A DNA stretch of 61,629 bases, counting the filler, from Sluysia triapertura (taxonomy: Eukaryota), in assembly GCA_046118255.1 (NCBI GenBank). It is 5 parts of 5 records of this genome, joined end to end, with 100 filler letters (N's around TTAATTAATTAA, not from the genome) between each part and the next. Parts side by side here need not be neighbours in the genome. Positions count along the whole stretch, not along the records: positions 23,628 to 38,030 come from JBJNIA010260734.1; 4 more parts are not named here. One strand, 5' to 3'. This document shows positions 25,355 through 35,567 of this stretch, one piece after another (position 1 is the first letter of the stretch; each line of letters opens with the position of its first letter). The position numbers and the translations under genes are program-made. The notes under the pieces are model-generated. The model had not been told where the DNA came from. It did no database searches and was given only the letters and a program-made list of their open reading frames with translations.

Positions 25355-26313
25355 ATGTTGGATCTATTTTACCGTGAAAAGAGTTTGTTTTTTTAATAAC
25401 TTTGAACATTATTACTGTGCTTCCAGAAAGTATCACTCCGATTACTGGTCTTCATCTGGACCTGGATCTGGAATTATCGAATGCCACAAAGGGCGATCTG
25501 AAATTTCAAATCGTAAACGGTCTTTATCTGGATCAGGATAACAACAGTGAGCTGTGTCTCAAATCTGCTATCACTGTTCCCGAGAACAATTGTTTAGCAT
25601 TCCTTGGATCCGATGTAAGTACAGTTAATACTTGTAGTAGTATAAATTATTATTATTGTGGCATCATCGCCGATATTAGTGTTAGTATTATTTTGCAGAT
25701 ATATTCGTACGATAAATCGAGATGGTTCAACTATCTTCTGTCTCCTCACGACAAAGAATTCGCTAATGTAATCCTAGTTATTCAGTTGCAGTACCTCTTT
25801 CTTATGTCTATACGACCGGTTCTGCCTCATCAAAGACTCACAATCCACTCTTACAATACCACAATGACATTTAACAGCTGGAAATACAGAATCTCCACCT
25901 TGCTAGAATTGCCGTCTTCTGTGAATCTTTTGCAAGAAACCTCTTCAACCTCCTTCGTAACCCATTCTAAACACACATCTATCACCAAATCGATCAAATC
26001 ATCAAAATATCAGTGCAACATCTGCGACAAAGTATTCGGCCAACTGTCAAATTTGAAAGTGCATCGTCGAACTCACACCGGAGAAAGACCATTCAAATGT
26101 CAACTGTGTGGCAAAGGGTTCACTCAATTGGCGCATCTTCAGAAGCACCATCTGGTACATACTGGTGAGCGTCCATTTCATTGTCAGGTTTGTCAGAAAC
26201 GATTCAGTAGTTCCAGTAATCTAAAAACGCATTCTCGTCTTCACAAAGAGTTTTTATCGAGTTGTGAGTCACAGTTGAATTTCAAAATAAAAAATGATTT
26301 CCATCAAAACTAA
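25355..26313 (+). CDS. prdm1: Blimp-1/PRDM1-like C2H2 zinc-finger transcription factor (degenerate PR-like N-region, three fingers)
   Basis: Fingers with [24 protein letters not shown] and [10 protein letters not shown] (26008-26244) are the Blimp-1 finger 1-3 signatures. Likely start is ATG 25355 with a short intron ending at CCAG 25426, plus a probable 84-nt intron at 25615-25698. Confidence 0.9.
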
Positions 26314-27110
26314 AACTCATTTTGAAAATAAAATTCTACTCATCACTATCGTAAGATCTTCAACAAATTCAGATTTTGTAAATATATATTGTATTTTTAG
26401 TTTTTATATGGATTATTTAATTTCAAACGTATTCGAATTTTTACTTCTTTGTATTTTTTACAACACAATGAAAAAACTTGACATAAATAACAATAATATT
26501 ACCGAATGAATTTGAATTACATGTAACGAAATCTCATAAACAATAACAAATTAAATAGGGTCATTATTAAAACAATTTTAAGGTCAAAAAATGCATTTGA
26601 TTATTTAATTTTAATAGTAAAATTTAAATTAATTTGTCTTTCAAAAAGCAAAAACATAAATTTATTTTTACTTAAATTTTAAATTTAAATTTTCTGATAA
26701 GTCTAATTGAAAACGACTCCATTGTGGATTGTGTGATTCAAGGAACATAATTAAAATGTTATTAAAATACAGAGTTTATATTCAATATTAAAATTATGAC
26801 GTCTCTATAATTAAATGTTTTTGTTAGCACTGAATTTATTTTTCAAATTTAAGATTACGTCTCTGTAACCAGTTTGATAGGGTTTCTTTTCAAATACAAA
26901 ATATTGCACAATCATCCAAGTAATGCTGCATGCAAAAACAATAATATTATAAACATACTAAGTTATACACAATACTGCTATACAATATCCACCATGTACA
27001 ATTAGTCAAAAATCCTTAAAGAATTTTGTCTTCTTTCAAATACTTTTATTACTCAATTGTAATATTGGGGAAATATTTATTTTTTGTCATTATTCTTTTA
27101 TGTCTCGTAG

Positions 27111-27268
27111 TGTTGGGGTAAAAGGCCTAAAGTGCCATTAGGTAAAATTGACTATAATAATAAAATAACTTTGTTAGACTGGGCTGATAGCTCAGTGGTA
27201 AAGCATCGACTGCGCAGACAGAGGTTCCGGGTTCGATCCCCCGACAGTCCATTTTATGAAGTCTAACA
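27111..27268 (+). mobile_element. Solo tRNA-bearing LTR (158 bp) with perfect GTAG TSD; tRNA-like core at 27181-27251
   Basis: GTAG|TGTTGGGG...GTCTAACA|GTAG; homologous along its full length to both TRIM LTRs. Confidence 0.92.
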
Positions 27269-29764
27269 GTAGCGACAAATACTTAATATTATTAATGTTA
27301 TGATTTTCAATTCCTGTCTTACTTGTATTGGTAACTAGTGTAAATCTTTAAGATAAAGTCTTAACTGAGATGTTCCAGCGTCCAGGAAAAAACAAAATTT
27401 GGCGCCCTTTCATACAAAAATACACAAATTTACTGCGAATTAAAAAAATAGTAAAAAAGACAAAAAATCAAAATTGCACAATAAAGAACTGTGTAAAAAA
27501 TTTATTTATTTAAAAAATAATACAAGCGATACAACATATGGAATAACATAACGGGCACATTTGATGAATAAGCGAGAACTTTGAAAAGTAAGTTATGCTA
27601 TTCTTGTTGCATACGTGCGACGTATACGATCTTTTCTAATGCTATTTGTCAAAAATTCAATAACATAGTTAATTAAATTATTTTTTTGAAAATCAGTTTG
27701 TAAACAGTTTACAATATTAAAATAATTAGCGTTGTGATGTTTATTTGGTATTATTAAAGAAAAAAATCGATTTTAGTTTATAAAATCTAAAAAAGTAATG
27801 AATGTAAAAAATATTTTATTTTTATATCGGCGTTCGGTTTGCACGCCCTTTATCCACGTTGGTTTTACGTGAACCTCAGTTAAAACTTCATTAAAAATTA
27901 TAAGAAATTTCAAACTCGAAGTTTCATTAAATTAAGATTTCAACTTCCTCTATACTGATATTAAAATTGACTCTAAAATGGAGTCAATTTATCATATTGA
28001 CAGTTAAAACTTTATAAAAGGACTTAGCGCAGAAAAGCCGACTTAATCTCATTAATGCCTAATAAAAATAATTATAGGCTGCATAGAATTTAAGTATGCA
28101 GTAGAATTTGAAATAAACTCTCCCTACTTTTCATTATTCGACATTGAGATTGAAATAAATCTTGACTGAATTTGAAACTGATTTGTTATTATTAAATGAT
28201 AACTATTAATTATTCATAGGTAACAGAGATTACTTGAAAGATTTTTCTTTCTTTTTATTATCTTACAAAAATAAATCAAATATGAGTTCGCCTGTGCTAC
28301 ACGCTTTATATTCATTTCCCGAGGGCGTATCTAAAGGAATTTTGTAAAAGTATTTTAGCATGGTCTATATTACTGTTATTCTTAGTTGTTCCTCGTTTAA
28401 GTGAATATTTATTCTTTGACTAAAAAATTAAAGCAAATGGAAAAATCTTTAAAATTTATTAATAAAACATAAAGCTTCTAATCAATATTAAGATGTGACT
28501 ATTATAAATTTTTCAATAAAATATTTAAATACAATAAATATGTTGTATTAAGTCAATACTTAATATAAAGTCAAAAGTTTAATGTGATTTAAATTAGGTG
28601 CAAACATTTACCTTGATTTTAAATATTCGTTTAAAAAAGGTGAAAACCTATTAAGTAAAGTTTTAAGTACTCTTTTAAATGAAACAGCCAAATAGGATTA
28701 GCTTCGCAAATAACTACAGTTTCCACTAATATAAACGCAATTCAACGATATTGGTCAGAGATAGATTAATTGTACTGATCCACAAAAATTCAAATCAATT
28801 GTGAAATTAAGAATAAATCAACTGTGTCTATTTTCAATATGTCTATTGTACCAAATCAAATCTCACTTAATTTCTACAAGATTTAATCGATGTTAATTTT
28901 TTCTGAAGCCGAAGCACTCGATAAATTAAACAGTATTAAATCTAAATTGGCATTGTTTAAAATAAATAGTCCATTGATTTTATGTTTAAATTATCATTGA
29001 AATGATCATACACAACTCATTAAAGCAGAACCCAGTATTAATTTCTATTTTCGTAATTATAAATTAAAATAAAAATCAAATGACGATTACGAGTATTAAT
29101 TTCCTAAATCAATCAAACATCTAGTTACAAAAAATGAAATCGAAAAATGTCTTAGTTGTGTGTTCAAGGATGTACAAGGATCGATAAAAAAGATTTGAAA
29201 TAAAAGTATATCCATCACTCTTTAAAATGTTTGAAAAGTATGAATCGATATTGGGTTGACAAAACTATGTACGTTATCGATATCGTAGACATTTCGATGT
29301 AAAAATGAAAACAGTTTCACAGTTTCGTACAAATAAATGTGCAGTTATGAATAAAATAAGAGTATTAATGTTTCGTCTTTAAAATTACTGGCTATTACCA
29401 CTCAATATTAACTTGGTTAGTTTAAAGGAACCTTAATAATTTAAATAGTCAGTATATCAAATATATTTTTGCAATAATCTTCTCTTATAATATCAATAAC
29501 TATTATCCCCAAATTTAAGTACTTGACAATCAAAATCAAAACTAAGTCAATAATGTACTATTAAACAAAAATTCGTAATAACATTTATTACTAATGAAAA
29601 TCTTTACTAAATGATGAGAATCACTAAAATGACAAAAATGACAATAATGTTTATAATAAAATTAAAGACACTACAATGTAATTAAAACAAAACAACCAGG
29701 AGCGACGCAACAACCAAAAAAATCCAGAAAGTTTAGGATACTAATGATAATTAGAAATATTTTT

Positions 29765-30030
29765 AAAAAATAAATTGGGCAGAGTGGCTCCCTCTAAATT
29801 GACTTACAATTAGCTAAAAATGAAATAGTTTATTCAAAATACTTTAAAAATAAATTGATCAGAGTGTCTTCCTCTAAAAGTATTTTTTAATTAGCTGAAA
29901 AATCAAATATTCAATTCAAAACACTTTAAAAATAAATTGGGTAGAGTGTCTCCCTCTAAATTGAATTACAATTAGCTAAAAATGAAATAGTTTAATCAAA
30001 ATACTTTAAAAATAAATTGGGTAGAGTTTT
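29765..30030 (+). repeat. ~80-bp tandem repeat, about 3.3 copies
   Basis: AAAAATAAATTGGG(C/T)AGAGTG(G/T)CTCCCTCTAAA...TTAGCT...CAAAATACTTT recurs near 29765, 29845, 29927 and 30007. Confidence 0.9.
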
Positions 30031-30249
30031 CTATTAACATACCTTAAAAAACTTAAAATTAACTGAAAATAATGTAATATTAAAATTATCCAAATTAAAA
30101 TAAAATTAATTATTTATATTATTATAATGAAATAATAAATAAACAAAAATTACATAAATTTACCCTAAGTATGGATCTTCTATCATCATTGTTGACATCG
30201 TTGTTATTGTATTATTATTGTATCATTATTGTATTATTATTATTATTAT

Positions 30250-31310
30250 TGTTGGGTTGTTAAAATTCTGAAATCTCTCATCATCCAATCAATTCACAAT
30301 CTCACAACCAAACACTCTCACACAAATCATTCAAACCTCTTTGAGAATCCGACCGACAATAACAACTTTGACAACTACATGGTACGATCTGTCAAACTTT
30401 ATTAGGTACAATACATAGAAATCTGATTTATTATCAGCCATTCCTTCCTTTTATTCTACTAAATCTATTTTTTTCTTTAATTACTTCTCACATTAAAATA
30501 GTATTATTAACATACATAAAAATAATGAATTTAATTTCACATTTTATTTAATTAATTTTCTATTTTTCACACCCAATTTTCTAATGAAAAATGTTTTAAG
30601 GTTCTCATTCTCAAACGAACCATTTTACAAACATTTCGAACTTACTTATGGATTCTCCTTTTTCAGAGCAATAATCTCATATTCCATTCATCATATTTGC
30701 ATTACTCTAAGTATTAAAAATTCATCATTCCATAATTAAAAATTAATTAAAATTTGACTTTTATGAACTCGTTCAAACCATACCTTCATCGAAAGGTCTT
30801 TTCAAAACAAATGCATATACAGTTTCAAATTTAACATAGCATTCCGCATTCACAAGTTATTCACAAAAACATACTTTTTCTTAAATAAGTTAGTTAAAAT
30901 TTTTAATTAATTAATCTATTTTTAGACTTAATCTTATTCTATGTTTAAAGGTTTTATTGAGGTTCTAAAATTTTTTAGTAGTTTATAAGGTATTCAGGAG
31001 GCTCTAGATGTTTTCACCTTCTAGGTCTCAGATGATCTAAAAATTAACAAGCTCAAAGGTATTCTAATGCCTTCAAAAGTTTTTCAAGTACACTTCAAGT
31101 CTCCACAAGTTCTCGACATCTTATATAGGTCTTTGGAATGTCAAGGTACTCTTTAGCTGTTATAATTATTATAGATGTTTTTATTTTCATGATTCTTTTT
31201 CCAACAATGTTTATAATTTCAATCTATCACTTTGTATCAACTCTTCTTTCACTTTGTGATTCTACATGTCTCTTACTAATCTCCTAATCTACAGTTGGCC
31301 AATCCCAACA
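30250..31310. mobile_element. Candidate ~1.06-kb LTR of a longer family (TGTTGGG...CCCAACA); related fragments at 1-48, ~500-660 and ~17200-17266
   Basis: 7-bp terminal inverted repeat. The end ...CTAATCTACAGTTGGCCAATCCCAACA matches ...TTAATCTAAAGTTGGGCAATCCCAACA at the window start, and 31020-31090 matches 510-590 inverted. No TSD seen. Confidence 0.55.
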
Positions 31311-33169
31311 AAAATATAAAAAGGAATACCAAAAAAATTTTTACCTCACAATTAATAATGCAAAATGAATTTTTGAATTTATTTTATAATTAACAATAAT
31401 ATTATTTTGGAGGATTTTCTTAAAATAGTTTTTGTTTTTGAGTTGTTTTGGGGAAATTTATATTTGATTATCGTGAATAATTAATATTTTTCTTAGTGTT
31501 GCGTCACTCTGGTTTTCTTTTTACACGGGTTGTTAACATTATTATAAAAGTTGTTAACTTCCTTTTAATTGTTTATTTTTAGTTGTCCCATTTACATTAT
31601 TGTTAAAGAAGAGATCTACTGTAGTAATTTTTTGTAATCATTAAATTATTGAGTTGTTATTAAATTTATTTTCAAAAACTTGATTTTGGGGTGAATAATA
31701 AGAGCATTACAGCAAATTTATATTTGATATAGTGAGTACTTAAATTACTGAGATTCTTTTTAAACTAATTAAATTGATACTGATTTACCGTAGCTAATAA
31801 TTTTCAGCAATAATAAAATAGTTATAGTAAAAGAATAATATTAAAACAACAATAATACATTGTAATTAGAGAAAATCATTGAAAATAAAATAGCAAAATA
31901 GCAAATAATAGCCTCTTTGATAATTGTTTTATTACTACATTATTCTGTGACTATTTTTGAAAAATATAATTTTTGGTTGATTGAGTGTATTGAATTGAAA
32001 TTGTAAATATAATTTTCAGCTTTTGATTTTGTACCTCCATCTCGAATAGCGAAAATAACTGAGCTGCATGATATTCAAGACTTAAATTAATTTCAAAATA
32101 AGTTTGATAAAAAAGAATGTATTAGATTTTCCAGCCAACTCTTGAAATTTGCAAAGATAATTTTGAAATTAGTGAATCTTAATATTAAAAATGTTTTATT
32201 AAAGTTCTAAATCATTGCGCTCTTAATGAAGATATAAAGGTTTAGTTTTTATCAGAATATTCTCATATAATGAAAACAATGAAAAATACAAAAAATATCT
32301 TTAAAATTTTCTAGAAATAATCAATGTATGGCTTTCATTGGAATGAATTTTCATGCATTTCTATATAAAGTTTTACTTTTGCAGCGAATTATTTGTTGAA
32401 TGCCAGTTTTAATAGTAATAATAATAGTTATAATAAAAATAATAATAGTAATAATAATTAAGCAATATGATATTCTTATGTAACAGTTAAATGTTATTGG
32501 TGCTGGCTATGCGGAAGAGCATCTGCTTAATAGCGGTTTTTCTGGTTCAGCAACAAGTTGTAGGAGACAACAAAGAAATAACACGAAAGAAATATTTCAT
32601 TCGATGTTACATATCTCATCTTCATACAACCATTATGGACTAGAAACCTCACATTAAACTACATATAAGCTCTAACAACAATATCTGTTTTTACCCACTA
32701 ACAAATACACCGTCTTATGCTAAACTCACTTCACACATTACCAATTCATTACACTTAACACAATTACAAATCATAAAATTTTAAACTATAAGATTTTATA
32801 ATAAAAACCTAACGTAACTATTTCAAAATCATAATAACGAAACATGTTAATATTAAGTTTTTTAGTACAGTGTTGTTCGGGTCCCAACAACACCATTTCA
32901 AACCATAATGTCATTTTTAGTTCATTTTAATCTGTATATTATAAGAATGACTCGTTATTTTATTTTTCACGATGTTTTTGAGACTATTTTATTAATTAAT
33001 TTTACTATGATGTAAAATTAAATTTAAATTTAAATGTACCCACAAAGAAACTTACAGATTAATTAACAAAATCAGCTATTCCAGCGAGTGTTAATGTTTC
33101 AACAAATTTTCTCACGAAGTTTATCAATGCAACAGGTTCTTGAATTGAGTAGAACTCGTTAAGGATATC

Positions 33170-33330
33170 TGCAAGTTGAATCAATCAGATTTTCTCATTT
33201 ACTTGTTTTATGATTAAAATTATGTTTGTTATTTTTATAAAATTAATGTATTCATCACGGTATTACAGTAAAATTAAATACGTTCAACATGATAAAAAAA
33301 GTTCAAATAAATCAGGACTCACGGGGTTAA
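33170..33330 (-). repeat. Interspersed repeat, inverted homologue of ~52605-52735
   Basis: Shared TGAGTCCTGATTTATTTGAACTTTTT...TTGAACG(T/A)ATTTAATTTTACT...ATAAACAAGTAAAT. Confidence 0.7.
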
Positions 33331-34464
33331 CAATTTCTAAAAATTCTTATTCACAATCTTAAAAAAGTATTTTAACGTACTGGTAGTTTTACTTATTTAT
33401 ATTCAAATTTATTACATTAAAATTTAATTGCAAAATGTTAATTTAGTTGTAATACGTGTTCATTCTTTTAACAAAAATAACAAAATATGAATAGTATCAT
33501 AAATAAAAATATAAATGAATCACCTTGCAATAAATGAATAAGTACTCAGTAAAAATAAATATTTAGAAAACATTTTAAGAAAATCATAACTCTCCGAGAA
33601 ATATTTAATGTAATAAATCTCATAATCAACAAAGAAATGATTTCAAACATTCATTAAAGTAAAACTGTATATCAAAAGCACTTCGAGCAACAAACATGTT
33701 TCTTAAAATTAAAAAACACGTAATCGAAAAAAGTAAACTAACTTAAAATAGTAATAAATTTATGCATCCATTATGGCTTCCAGTGCACATTTGTTAAAAG
33801 CTTCGCGTTGAAATTTAAATAATATCATTTATGTTTACCATATTTTATTATTAAGCACGTAATTTTATTTATTCATTACACTTCAGGCTTAATTAAGCAT
33901 ATATTTTAAATAGAGTTACTATTTTCGAAATCATACCAAAAATTAAGTTTTACCGCTATTGTTTTTAGCTGATTCTGACGCATCATGACCAACCGTAAGA
34001 TTATAACCTAACTTAAAAATACATTAAAAATACAAAGTACCTTACTTTAATGTAATAAAACAAATTCTGTTTTGAAATAATATATAAAACTAATGTAAAA
34101 ATCCTTAATTACCATGAACTTAACAAAGCAAAAACTATAGATGCAATAACATTACGAAATTTCCGATCACCTATGATTTAAAATTTGTATAGATATATTT
34201 ATTAGGAAGTAATTTTCAAATCTAAGTATCGAACTTTTTTTGACATCATTCTGGATTATAATGTTTTGTAAAAATTTATATTTAAATAAGCAAATGAATT
34301 AAATACACAATAAATTATATAAATTTAATAAATAGTTATTAATAATATTTAATAAATATTTCTACTGGTTTAAGTCATTATTTTACTACAAAATAATTGC
34401 AAATTTAAAATCTATATGAAAAAAAATATATATATAAATCCATTGAAATTATGTATGTGCAAAA

Positions 34465-35567
34465 ATGCAGATACGGTTTAAGATTGAGAATTTCATAATA
34501 CCTGTTGACAATGAGACTCAATTTAAAGAAGCTTTTCTAAAAGCTATTAAATTTTGTCAACAAGCCAAAGAACAAATTGATGAAAATATTAAAAAACTAA
34601 AGGCTAATCACGCTGATAGGCGAATAATAATTTCTGCATGGAATCCTTTAGGTAATAATATCAATGTTTTAATTATTATTATTTAAGATAAAAAGGATAG
34701 CATATATTCTATTATTCAATTTTTCTTTTTCGAAAATAAATTATCTATTAAAGTATTTCAGAGGACATCTACTAGTGTATGTTACTTAATTTGTACTTTT
34801 AATTTTTATTTAGCTTCATGTATTAGCTGATGAGGTGTCACCTATGGTTTTATTTGTTTATATGATGTGCAAGATTACTAATCTTATGCCACATATGTAT
34901 GTTCATACTTTTGGATTACATAGGAAAAAGGTTAAAGAAGATCATGTATTTCCGACATTATCAATCGAACATTTGGATATTTTAGATATTTTGCAATTTA
35001 AATTAGAATACTTCAAATTAAATTTTGGCAATTTGCAAAAATTAGATATGGTGAGTAGATTTGGAAAGTCCTACACACATACATATATTCATGAAGAATT
35101 ACAATATTTACATTTAGTAGAAGAAGTTTTAACAGAAGGAGTATTACTTCATGACCGAACTGGAGTCGGAACTCTATCACTGTTCGGTCCAGAAATGAAA
35201 TTTTCATTAGAAGATTATAATTTACCATTACTAACAACTAAACGTGTTTTTTATAGAGCTGTTATTGAAGAATTATTGTGGTTCATTCGTGGCTGTACAG
35301 ATTCGGATGAGTTAGCGAAAAAGAATGTACACATATGGGATGCAAACGGATCTAGAGAGTTTTTGGAAGCTTGTGGTCTTGGACATAGGGTTGAAGGCGA
35401 CTTGGGACCCGTTTATGGATTTCAGTGGCGTCATTTTGGTGCTAAATATGTGGATAAATATACTGACTACACTGGACAAGGATTTGATCAATTAAATAAT
35501 ATTATTAATTATCTGAAATCAGATAATGAAGATGGAGAAGGTGTTTTAATGGCCTGGAATCCTGCTG
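34465..35567 (+). CDS. TYMS: Thymidylate synthase, tandem two-module form (exons 34465-34651, 34688-34776, 34814-35567; continues through a GT donor at 35568)
   Basis: Module 2 has [45 protein letters not shown] and AWNP. Module 1 has [31 protein letters not shown] and FPTL. Introns of 36 and 37 nt join all three exons in frame without stops. Confidence 0.93.

Noticed and set aside
33000-34150. Minus-strand multi-exon gene divergent from TS
   Set aside because: Some exon-like stretches exist, but part of the region has a diverged copy at ~52600 and I could not build a coherent frame.
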